Part shown: positions 1 through 11,600 of the stretch, one piece after another
Numbering within the stretch: position 1 is the stretch's first letter
Layout of the letters: each line of letters opens with the position of its first letter
From: Eledone cirrhosa
Taxonomy: Eukaryota
Reading direction: 5' to 3'
DNA length: 64,000 nucleotides
Assembly: GCA_964016885.1 (NCBI GenBank)
Contig: OZ024752.1
Coordinates: forward strand, 25,048,001 to 25,112,000
Translations under genes and position numbers: made by a program
The notes under the pieces: generated by a model
The model's input: the letters and a program-made list of their open reading frames with translations, nothing else
Told to the model about the DNA's origin: nothing
The model's database searches: none

Positions 1-209
1 GGTTAGCGTAGTAGCAACGACGACAACGACAAGTCCGCTCCTTAGCCGCCGCCGCCGCCGCCAATTGTTAGGTTCGTTCTTTATTACACTTCCACCGCTG
101 CTACTGCAAACCACCAACCACTTTCCGCGCGCCAACTTTTACGACGATCTCGCTCGCCGCTCGTTTGCCAGGTTGCGCCAACGACCATCAAGGTCGATCG
201 ATTAGCATC

Positions 210-960
210 GAAAATAGAGAGAGTTCGCGGTGAATGCGACGACGACACAGCCTTGATTCGAGTGACGCCGCCGCCGCCGCCGATCCGTCTTCCGAGTTGC
301 TTATTTTTTTTTCGTATGTTACACGTAGAGAGAGAGTTCGCGGTGAATGCGACACGGCTTTCGTTAGAGTGCCGCCGCCGATCCGTCTTCCGAGTTGGTT
401 ATTTTTGCGTGTGATACACGTAGCCGCCGCCGCCGCCCATCCGTCGTCCGAGTTGGTTAGTTTCGCGTATGTTACACGTAGAGAGAGAGTTCGCGGTGAA
501 TGCGACGACACAGCCTTGATTCGAGTGACGCCGCCGCCGATCCGTCTTCCGAGTTGCTTATTTTTTTTTCGTATGTTACACGTAGAGAGAGAGTTCGCGG
601 TGAATGCGACACGGCTTTGGTTAGAGTGCCGCCGCCGATCCGTCTTCCGAGTTGGTTATTTTTCACGTGTGATACACGTAGCCGCCGCCGCCCATCCGTC
701 GTCCGAGTTGGTTAGTTTCGCGTATGTTACACGTAGAGAGAGAGTTCGCGGTGAATGCGACGACACAGCCTTGATTCGAGTGACGCCGCCGCCGATCCGT
801 CTTCCGAGTTGCTTATTTTTTTTTCGTATGTTACACGTAGAGAGAGAGTTCGCGGTGAATGCGACACGGCTTTGGTTAGAGTGCCGCCGCCGATCCGTCT
901 TCCGAGTTGGTTATTTTTCACGTGTGATACACGTAGCCGCCGCCGCCCATCCGTCGTCCG
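210..960 (+). repeat. IGS1 ~255-bp tandem repeat (3 copies, each of three related ~85-bp subunits)
   Basis: Identical translated frames at 500/755 and 472/727 give a 255-bp period; the subunits share the core CCGCCGATCCGTCTTCCGAGTTG. Confidence 0.9.
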
Positions 961-1817
961 AGTTGGTTAGTTATGCTTGACGCGTAGCAGGCGGATTCTG
1001 TTTCGTGTGTGTGTCTGTGTGTGATGCAAGCCGCCCATCCGTCGTCCGAGTTGGTTAGTTATGTTTGACGCGTAGCAGGCGGATTCTGTTTCGTGTGTGT
1101 GTCTGTGTGTGATGCAAGCCGCCCATCCGTCGTCCCAGTTGGTTAGTTATGTTTGACGCGTAGCAGGCGGATTCTGTTTCGTGTGTGTGTCTGTGTGTGA
1201 TGCAAGCCGCCCATCCGTCGTCCCAGTTGGTTAGTTATGTTTGACGCGTAGCAGGCGGATTCTGTTTCGTGTGTGTGTCTGTGTGTGATGCAAGCCGCCC
1301 ATCCGTCGTCCGAGTTGGTTAGTTATGCTTGACGCGTAGCAGGCGGATTCTGTTTCGTGTGTGTGTCTGTGTGTGATGCAAGCCGCCCATCCGTCGTCCG
1401 AGTTGGTTAGTTATGCTTGACGCGTAGCAGGCGGATTCTGTTTCGTGTGTGTGTCTGTGTGTGATGCAAGCCGCCCATCCGTCGTCCGAGTTGGTTAGTT
1501 ATGCTTGACGCGTAGCAGGCGGATTCTGTTTCGTGTGTGTGTCTGTGTGTGATGCAAGCCGCCCATCCGTCGTCCGAGTTGGTTAGTTATGCTTGACGCG
1601 TAGCAGGCGGATTCTGTTTCGTGTGTGTGTCTGTGTGTGATGCAAGCCGCCCATCCGTCGTCCGAGTTGGTTAGTTATGTTTGACGCGTAGCAGGCGGAT
1701 TCTGTTTCGTGTGTGTGTCTGTGTGTGATGCAAGCCGCCCATCCGTCGTCCGAGTTGGTTAGTTATGTTTGACGCGTAGCAGGCGGATTCTGTTTCGTGT
1801 GTGTGTCTGTGTGTGAT
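961..1817 (+). repeat. IGS1 88-bp tandem repeat, ~10 copies, GT-rich
   Basis: AGTTGGTTAGTTATG recurs at 961, 1049, 1137 ... 1753 (period 88). Confidence 0.95.
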
Positions 1818-2030
1818 ACAAGTTATGTTTAAAGTGCTAGCCGATGATGGTGTGTGTGTCTGTGTGTGATACAAGTTATGTTTTAAGTGCTAGCCGATGA
1901 TGGTGTGTGTGTCTGTGTGTGATACAAGTTATGCTTTAAGTGCTAGCCGATGATGGTGTGTGTGTCTGTGTGTGATACAAGTTATGCTTTAAGTGCTAGC
2001 CGATGATGGTGTGTGTGTCTGTGTGTGATA
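1797..2030 (+). repeat. IGS1 53-bp tandem repeat, ~4 copies
   Basis: GATACA recurs at 1815, 1868, 1921, 1974 and 2027; it shares the GTGTGTGTCTGTGTGTGAT block with the 88-bp repeat. Confidence 0.93.
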
Positions 2031-2601
2031 CATGCCGCACATCCGTCGTCCGTCTTCCAAGTTATGTTTTACGTGTAGCCGGCGGAAAGAAATCCAATCC
2101 GCCGGCTAGGCGGTTCCGCCTCCGACCCGTACATTTACGAGTAGCTGCCGGGAAAGACAGACGGCAAGACGGCGGCTTGTATACGCGAAGTTCCCCGACG
2201 CGACACGACGCCTTCCGTCTTCCGCCTCGAACCCGGCAAACGTTCCTTTATTCGTTCACGCCTACCCGCTTCGATCGCGGAAAGAAATCCATTCCGCCGG
2301 CTAGGCGGTTCCGCCGCCGACCCGTACTTTTACGAGTAGCTGCCGGGATAGACAGACGGCAAGACGGCGGCGTGTACACGCGACGCGAGGCGAAGTTATG
2401 CGACGCGACACGACGCCTCCGTCTTCCGCCAACAACCCGGCAAACGTTCCTTTATTCGTCCACGCCTTCCCGCTTCGATAGCGAGAAAGTAATCAATCCG
2501 CCGTCGAGGCGGTTCCGCCGCCGACCCGTAAGCTTACGGGTCGGCAGCGGGGAATACGACCGTCCAGGGCCTTTGCAGCACGGCCAGGGGGTTCTGTCTA
2601 T

Positions 2602-5600
2602 TATATAGGGTAGGCTTGATCGGACGAGCTCGAAGAAAACGATTCCGGGTGCTACCCGTCGAGAGTCGTGAATATTCCGTTTTCAAGACGGGTACGTGCC
2701 GGCCTACCCTATGCTATGACGGATGTCTCCGCCTCGACGACATGCCGTCTAGAACTCGTCCGCCCCGCCTGCACGTTAACGCCCGCCCTCCGCCTCCGAT
2801 GCGTGTTCTGCCCGTAAAGTCTTGCCAACTTGGCCGCCTCCGACCCGTGTGTGGCTGCAGGGGAATCCAGCCGACGACGACGCCCGGACGGGGCGTCGTG
2901 GTGGTAGCTTGGCTTGGTCGATGCGACGACAACACGCCGCCCAAACTTGCTTCCTTCGGGGAGGCCCCGTGTAGACGGCGGAAAGAAATCCATTCCGCCG
3001 GCTAGGCGATTCCGCCGCCGACCCGTACTTTTACGAGTAGCTGCCGGGAAAGAGAGGCGGCAAGACGGCGTGTATACCCGTCGCGAGGCGAAGTTCCGCG
3101 ACGCGACACGACGCCTTCCGTCTTCCGCCTCGAACCCGGCAAACGTTCCTTTATTCGTTCTCGCCCTTGCCGCTTCGATGGCGAGAAAGTTCGCAACCCG
3201 CCGGCGAGGCGTATCCGCCGCCGACCCGTAGGGCTGCGCAACGCCTGCGGGGAATACCACCGAGTAGGGATTTTGCAGCACGGCCAGGGGGTTCTGTCTA
3301 TTATATAGGGTAGGCTTGATCGGACGAGCTCGAAGAAAACGATTCCGGGTGCTACCCGTCGAGAGTCGTGAATATTCCGTTTTCAAGACGGGTACGTGCC
3401 GGCCTACCCTATGCTATGACGGATGTCTCCGCCTCGACGACATGCCGTCTAGAACTCGTCCGCCCCGCCTGCACGTTAACGCCCGCCCTCCGCCTACGAT
3501 GCGTGTTCCGCCTCCGATGCGTGTTCTGCCCGTAAAGTCTTGCCAACTTGGCCGCCTCCGACCCGTGTGTGGCTGCAGGGGAATCCAGCCGACGACGACG
3601 CCCGGACGGGGCGTCGTGGTGGTAGCTTGGCTTGGTCGATGCGACGACAACACGCCGCCCAAACTTGCTTCCTTCGGGGAGGCCCCGTGTAGACGGCGGA
3701 AAGAAATCCATTCCGCCGGCTAGGCGGTTCCGCCGCCGACCCGTACTTTTACGAGTAGCTGCCGGGAAAGAGAGGCGGCAAGACGGCGTGTATACCCGTC
3801 GCGAGGCGAAGTTCGGCGACGCGACACGACGCCTTCCATCTTCCGCCTCGAACCCGGCAAACGTTCTCGCCCCTTGCCGCTTCGATGGCGAGAAAGTTCG
3901 CAACCCGCCGGCGAGGCGTATCCGCCGCCGACCCGTAGGGCTGCGCAACGCCTGCGGGGAATACCACCGAGTAGGGATTTTGCAGCACGGCCAGGGGGTT
4001 CTGTCTATTATATAGGGTAGGCTTGATCGGACGAGCTCGAAGAAAACGATTCCGGGTGCTACCCGTCGAGAGTCGTGAATATTCCGTTTTCAAGACGGGT
4101 ACGTGCCGGCCTACCCTATGCTATGACGGATGTCTCCGCCTCGACGACATGCCGTCTAGAACTCGTCCGCCCCGCCTGCACGTTAACGCCCGCCCTCCGC
4201 CTCCGATGCGTGTTCCGCCTCCGATGCGTGTTCTGCCCGTAAAGTCTTGCCAACTTGGCCGCCTCCGACCCGTGTGTGGCTGCAGGGGAATCCAGCCGAC
4301 GACGACGCCCGGACGGGGCGTCGTGGTGGTAGCTTGGCTTGGTCGATGCGACGACAACACGCCGCCCAAACTTGCTTCCTTCGGGGAGGCCCCGTGTAGA
4401 CGGCGGAAAGAAATCCATTCCGCCGGCTAGGCGGTTCCGCCGCCGACCCGTACTTTTACGAGTAGCTGCCGGGAAAGAGAGGCGGCAAGACGGCGTGTAT
4501 ACCCGTCGCGAGGCGAAGTTCCGCGACGCGACACGACGCCTTCCGTCTTCCGCCTCGAACCCGGCAAACGTTCCTTTATTCGTTCTCGCCCTTGCCGCTT
4601 CGATGGCGAGAAAGTTCGCAACCCGCCGGCGAGGCGTATCCGCCGCCGACCCGTAGGTCTGCGCAACGCCTGCGGGGAATACCACCGAGTAGGGATTGTG
4701 CAGCACGGCCAGGGGGTTCTGTCTATTATATAGGGTAGGCTTGATCGGACGAGCTCGAAGAAAACGATTCCGGGTGCTACCCGTCGAGAGTCGTGAATAT
4801 TCCGTTTACAAGACGGGTACGTGCCGGCCTACCCTATGCTATGACGGATGTCTCCGCCTCGACGACATGCCGTCTAGAACTCGTCCGCCCCGCCTGCACG
4901 TTAACGCCCGCGCTCCGTCTTCCGCCTCCGATGCGTGTTCTGCCCGTAAAGTCTTGCCAACTTGGCCGCCTCCGACCCGTGTGTGGCTGCAGGGGAATCC
5001 AGCCGACGACGACGCCCGGACGGGGCGTCGTGGTGGTAGCTTGGCTTGGTCGATGCGACGACAACACGCCGCCCAAACTTGCTTCCTTCGGGGAGGCCCC
5101 GTGTAGACGGCGGAAAGAAATCCATTCCGCCGGCTAGGCGGTTCCGCCGCCGACCCGTACTTTTACGAGTAGCTGCCGGGAAAGAGAGGCGGCAAGACGG
5201 CGTGTATACCCGTCGCGAGGCGAAGTTCCGCGACGCGACACGACGCCTTCCGTCTTCCGCCTCGAACCCGGCAAACGTTCTCGCCCCTTGCCGCTTCGAT
5301 GGCGAGAAAGTTCGCAACCCGCCGGCGAGGCGTATCCGCCGCCGACCCGTAGGGCTGCGCAACGCCTGCGGGGAATACCACCGAGTAGGGATTTTGCAGC
5401 ACGGCCAGGGGGTTCTGTCTATTATATAGGGTAGGCTTGATCGGACGAGCTCGAAGAAAACGATTCCGGGTGCTACCCGTCGAGAGTCGTGAATATTCCG
5501 TTTACAAGACGGGTACGTGCCGGCCTACCCTATGCTATGACGGATGTCTCCGCCTCGACGACATGCCGTCTAGAACTCGTCCGCCCCGCCTGCACGTTAA

Positions 5601-8600
5601 CGCCCGCCCTCCGCCTCCGATGCGTGTTCCGCCTTCGATGCGTGTTCTGCCCGTAAAGTCTTGCCAACTTGGCCGCCTCCGACCCGTGTGTGGCTGCAGG
5701 GGAATCCAGCCGACGACGACGCCCGGACGGGGCGTCGTGGTGTAGCTTGGTCGATGCGACGACAACACGCCGCCAACTTGCTTCCTTCGGGGAGGCCCCG
5801 TGTAGACGGCGGAAAGAAATCCATTCCGCCGGCTAGGCGGTTCCGCCGCCGACCCGTACTTTTACGAGTAGCTGCCGGGAAAGAGATGCGGCAAGACGGC
5901 GTGTATACCCGTCGCGAGGCGAAGTTCCGCGACGCGACACGACGCCTTCCGTCTTCCGCCTCGAACCCGGCAAACGTTCCTTTATTCGTTCTCGCCTTGC
6001 CGCTTCGATGGCGAGAAAGTTCGCAACCCGCCGGCGAGGCGTATCCGCCGCCGACCCGTAGGGCTGCGCAACGCCTGCGGGGAATACCACCGAGTAGGGA
6101 TTTTGCAGCACGGCCAGGGGGTTCTGTCTATTATATAGGGTAGGCTTGATCGGACGAGCTCGAAGAAAACGATTCCGGGTGCTACCCGTCGAGAGTCGTG
6201 AATATTCCGTTTTCAAGACGGGTACGTGCCGGCCTACCCTATGCTATGACGGATGTCTCCGCCTCGACGACATGCCGTCTAGAACTCGTCCGCCCCGCCT
6301 GCACGTTAACGCCCGCCCTCCGCCTCCGATGCGTGTTCCGCCTCCGATGCGTGTTCTGCCCGTAAAGTCTTGCCAACTTGGCCGCCTCCGACCCGTGTGT
6401 GGCTGCAGGGGAATCCAGCCGACGACGACGCCCTGACGGGGCGTCGTGGTGTAGCTTGGTCGATGCGACGACAACACGCCGCCAACTTGCTTCCTTCGGG
6501 GAGGCCCCGTGTAGACGGCGGAAAGAAATCCATTCCGCCGGCTAGGCGGTTCCGCCGCCGACCCGTACTTTTACGAGTAGCTGCCGGGAAAGAGATGCGG
6601 CAAGACGGCGTGTATACCCGTCGCGAGGCGAAGTTCCGCGACGCGACACGACGCCTTCCGTCTTCCGCCTCGAACCCGGCAAACGTTCTCGCCCCTTGCC
6701 GCTTCGATGGCGAGAAAGTTCGCAACCCGCCGGCGAGGCGTATCCGCCGCCGACCCGTAGGGCTGCGCAACGCCTGCGGGGAATACCACCGAGTAGGGAT
6801 TTTGCAGCACGGCCAGGGGGTTCTGTCTATTATATAGGGTAGGCTTGATCGGACGAGCTCGAAGAAAACGATTCCGGGTGCTACCCGTCGAGAGTCGTGA
6901 ATATTCCGTTTACAAGACGGGTACGTGCCGGCCTACCCTATGCTATGACGGATGTCTCCGCCTCGACGACATGCCGTCTAGAACTCGTCCGCCCCGCCTG
7001 CACGTTAACGCCCGCCCTCCGCCTCCGATGCCGTGTTCCGCCTCCGATGCGTGTTCTGCCCGTAAAGTCTTGCCAACTTGGCCGCCTCCGACCCGTGTGT
7101 GGCTGCAGGGGAATCCAGCCGACGACGACGCCCGGACGGGGCGTCGTGGTGGTAGCTTGGCTTGGTCGATGCGACGACAACACGCCGCCCAAACTTGCTT
7201 CCTTCGGGGAGGCCCCGTGTAGACGGCGGAAAGAAATCCATTCCGCCGCCGACCCGTACTTTTACGAGTAGCTGCCGGGAAAGAGAGGCGGCAAGACGGC
7301 GTGTATACCCGTCGCGAGGCGAAGTTCCGCGACGCGACACGACGCCTTCCGTCTTCCGCCTCGAACCCGGCAAACGTTCTCGCCCCTTGCCGCTTCGATG
7401 GCGAGAAAGTTCGCAACCCGCCGGCGAGGCGTATCCGCCGCCGACCCGTAGGGCTGCGCAACGCCTGCGGGGAATACCACCGAGTAGGGATTTTGCAGCA
7501 CGGCCAGGGGGTTCTGTCTATTATATAGGGTAGGCTTGATCGGACGAGCTCGAAGAAAACGATTCCGGGTGCTACCCGTCGAGAGTCGTGAATATTCCGT
7601 TTACAAGACGGGTACGTGCCGGCCTACCCTATGCTATGACGGATGTCTCCGCCTCGACGACATGCCGTCTAGAACTCGTCCGCCCCGCCTGCACGTTAAC
7701 GCCCGCCCTCCGCCTCCGATGCCGTGTTCCGCCTCCGATGCGTGTTCTGCCCGTAAAGTCTTGCCAACTTGGCCGCCTCCGACCCGTGTGTGGCTGCAGG
7801 GGAATCCAGCCGACGACGACGCCCGGACGGGGCGTCGTGGTGGTAGCTTGGCTTGGTCGATGCGACGACAACACGCCGCCGCCAAACTTGCTTCCTTCGG
7901 GGAGGCCCCGTGTAGACGGCGGAAAGAAATCCATTCCGCCGGCTAGGCGGTTCCGCCGCCGACCCGTACTTTTACGAGTAGCTGCCGGGAAAGAGAGGCG
8001 GCAAGACGGCGTGTATACCCGTCGCGAGGCGAAGTTCCGCGACGCGACACGACGCCTTCCGTCTTCCGCCTCGAACCCGGCAAACGTTACTTTATTCGTT
8101 CTCGCCCTTGCCGCTTCGATGGCGAGAAAGTTCGCAACCCGCCGGCGAGGCGTATCCGCCGCCGACCCGTAGGGCTGCGCAACGCCTGCGGGGAATACCA
8201 CCGAGTAGGGATTTTGCAGCACGGCCAGGGGGTTCTGTCTATTATATAGGGTAGGCTTGATCGGACGAGCTCGAAGAAAACGATTCCGGGTGCTACCCGT
8301 CGAGAGTCGTGAATATTCCGTTTTCAAGACGGGTACGTGCCGGCCTACCCTATGCTATGACGGATGTCTCCGCCTCGACGACATGCCGTCTAGAACTCGT
8401 CCGCCCCGCCTGCACGTTAACGCCCGCCCTCCGCCTCCGATGCCGTGTTCCGCCTCCGATGCGTGTTCTGCCCGTAAAGTCTTGCCAACTTGGCCGCCTC
8501 CGACCCGTGTGTGGCTGCAGGGGAATCCAGCCGACGACGACGCCCGGACGGGGCGTCGTGGTGTAGCTTGGTCGATGCGACGACAACACGCCGCCAACTT

Positions 8601-11600
8601 GCTTCCTTCGGGGAGGCCCCGTGTAGACGGCGGAAAGAAATCCATTCCGCCGGCTAGGCGGTTCCGCCGCCGACCCGTACTTTTACGAGTAGCTGCCGGG
8701 AAAGAGATGCGGCAAGACGGCGTGTATACCCGTCGCGAGGCGAAGTTCCGCGACGCGACACGACGCCTTCCGTCTTCCGCCTCGAACCCGGCAAACGTTC
8801 TCGCCCCTTGCCGCTTCGATGGCGAGAAAGTTCGCAACCCGCCGGCGAGGCGTATCCGCCGCCGACCCGTAGGGCTGCGCAACGCCTGCGGGGAATACCA
8901 CCGAGTAGGGATTTTGCAGCACGGCCAGGGGGTTCTGTCTATTATATAGGGTAGGCTTGATCGGACGAGCTCGAAGAAAACGATTCCGGGTGCTACCCGT
9001 CGAGAGTCGTGAATATTCCGTTTACAAGACGGGTACGTGCCGGCCTACCCTATGCTATGACGGATGTCTCCGCCTCGACGACATGCCGTCTAGAACTCGT
9101 CCGCCCCGCCTGCACGTTAACGCCCGCCCTCCGCCTCCGATGCCGTGTTCCGCCTCCGATGCGTGTTCTGCCCGTAAAGTCTTGCCAACTTGGCCGCCTC
9201 CGACCCGTGTGTGGCTGCAGGGGAATCCAGCCGACGACGACGCCCGGACGGGGCGTCGTGGTGGTAGCTTGGCTTGGTCGATGCGACGACAACACGCCGC
9301 CCAAACTTGCTTCCTTCGGGGAGGCCCCGTGTAGACGGCGGAAAGAAATCCATTCCGCCGGCTAGGCGGTTCCGCCGCCGACCCGTACTTTTACGAGTAG
9401 CTGCCGGGAAAGAGAGGCGGCAAGACGGCGTGTATACCCGTCGCGAGGCGAAGTTCCGCGACGCGACACGACGCCTTCCGTCTTCCGCCTCGAACCCGGC
9501 AAACGTTCTCGCCCCTTGCCGCTTCGATGGCGAGAAAGTTCGCAACCCGCCGGCGAGGCGTATCCGCCGCCGACCCGTAGGGCTGCGCAACGCCTGCGGG
9601 GAATACCACCGAGTAGGGATTTTGCAGCACGGCCAGGGGGTTCTGTCTATTATATAGGGTAGGCTTGATCGGACGAGCTCGAAGAAAACGATTCCGGGTG
9701 CTACCCGTCGAGAGTCGTGAATATTCCGTTTACAAGACGGGTACGTGCCGGCCTACCCTATGCTATGACGGATGTCTCCGCCTCGACGACATGCCGTCTA
9801 GAACTCGTCCGCCCCGCCTGCACGTTAACGCCCGCCCTCCGCCTCCGATGCCGTGTTCCGCCTCCGATGCGTGTTCTGCCCGTAAAGTCTTGCCAACTTG
9901 GCCGCCTCCGACCCGTGTGTGGCTGCAGGGGAATCCAGCCGACGACGACGCCCGGACGGGGCGTCGTGGTGGTAGCTTGGCTTGGTCGATGCGACGACAA
10001 CACGCCGCCGCCAAACTTGCTTCCTTCGGGGAGGCCCCGTGTAGACGGCGGAAAGAAATCCATTCCGCCGGCTAGGCGGTTCCGCCGCCGACCCGTACTT
10101 TTACGAGTAGCTGCCGGGAAAGAGAGGCGGCAAGACGGCGTGTATACCCGTCGCGAGGCGAAGTTCCGCGACGCGACACGACGCCTTCCGTCTTCCGCCT
10201 CGAACCCGGCAAACGTTACTTTATTCGTTCTCGCCCTTGCCGCTTCGATGGCGAGAAAGTTCGCAACCCGCCGGCGAGGCGTATCCGCCGCCGACCCGTA
10301 GGGCTGCGCAACGCCTGCGGGGAATACCACCGAGTAGGGATTTTGCAGCACGGCCAGGGGGTTCTGTCTATTATATAGGGTAGGCTTGATCGGACGAGCT
10401 CGAAGAAAACGATTCCGGGTGCTACCCGTCGAGAGTCGTGAATATTCCGTTTTCAAGACGGGTACGTGCCGGCCTACCCTATGCTATGACGGATGTCTCC
10501 GCCTCGACGACATGCCGTCTAGAACTCGTCCGCCCCGCCTGCACGTTAACGCCCGCCCTCCGCCTCCGATGCCGTGTTCCGCCTCCGATGCGTGTTCTGC
10601 CCGTAAAGTCTTGCCAACTTGGCCGCCTCCGACCCGTGTGTGGCTGCAGGGGAATCCAGCCGACGACGACGCCCGGACGGGGCGTCGTGGTGGTAGCTTG
10701 GCTTGGTCGATGCGACGACAACACGCCGCCCAAACTTGCTTCCTTCGGGGAGGCCCCGTGTAGACGGCGGAAAGAAATCCATTCCGCCGGCTAGGCGGTT
10801 CCGCCGCCGACCCGTACTTTTACGAGTAGCTGCCGGGAAAGAGAGGCGGCAAGACGGCGTGTATACCCGTCGCGAGGCGAAGTTCCGCGACGCGACACGA
10901 CGCCTTCCGTCTTCCGCCTCGAACCCGGCAAACGTTCTCGCCCCTTGCCGCTTCGATGGCGAGAAAGTTCGCAACCCGCCGGCGAGGCGTATCCGCCGCC
11001 GACCCGTAGGGCTGCGCAACGCCTGCGGGGAATACCACCGAGTAGGGATTTTGCAGCACGGCCAGGGGGTTCTGTCTATTATATAGGGTAGGCTTGATCG
11101 GACGAGCTCGAAGAAAACGATTCCGGGTGCTACCCGTCGAGAGTCGTGAATATTCCGTTTACAAGACGGGTACGTGCCGGCCTACCCTATGCTATGACGG
11201 ATGTCTCCGCCTCGACGACATGCCGTCTAGAACTCGTCCGCCCCGCCTGCACGTTAACGCCCGCCCTCCGCCTCCGATGCGTGTTCCGCCTTCGATGCGT
11301 GTTCTGCCCGTAAAGTCTTGCCAACTTGGCCGCCTCCGACCCGTGTGTGGCTGCAGGGGAATCCAGCCGACGACGACGCCCGGACGGGGCGTCGTGGTGT
11401 AGCTTGGTCGATGCGACGACAACACGCCGCCAACTTGCTTCCTTCGGGGAGGCCCCGTGTAGACGGCGGAAAGAAATCCATTCCGCCGGCTAGGCGGTTC
11501 CGCCGCCGACCCGTACTTTTACGAGTAGCTGCCGGGAAAGAGATGCGGCAAGACGGCGTGTATACCCGTCGCGAGGCGAAGTTCCGCGACGCGACACGAC

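Noticed and set aside
961-2030. CRISPR-like appearance of the short periodic repeats
   Set aside because: These are head-to-tail tandem repeats with no unique spacers, no cas genes and a eukaryotic rDNA context.
2877-2899. Hairpin ACGACGCCC-GGACG-GGGCGTCGT in each 708-bp repeat as a terminator
   Set aside because: There is no U-tract, and such stems are expected in CpG/GAC-rich DNA, so no function can be supported.
3240-3355. 5S rRNA-like fragments in the 708-bp repeat (CGCCTG..GGGAATACC, GTAGGCTT, CCGGGTGCT)
   Set aside because: The matches are short, out of order and lack the 5S 5' half and box A, so they are probably coincidental. No linked 5S gene was seen.
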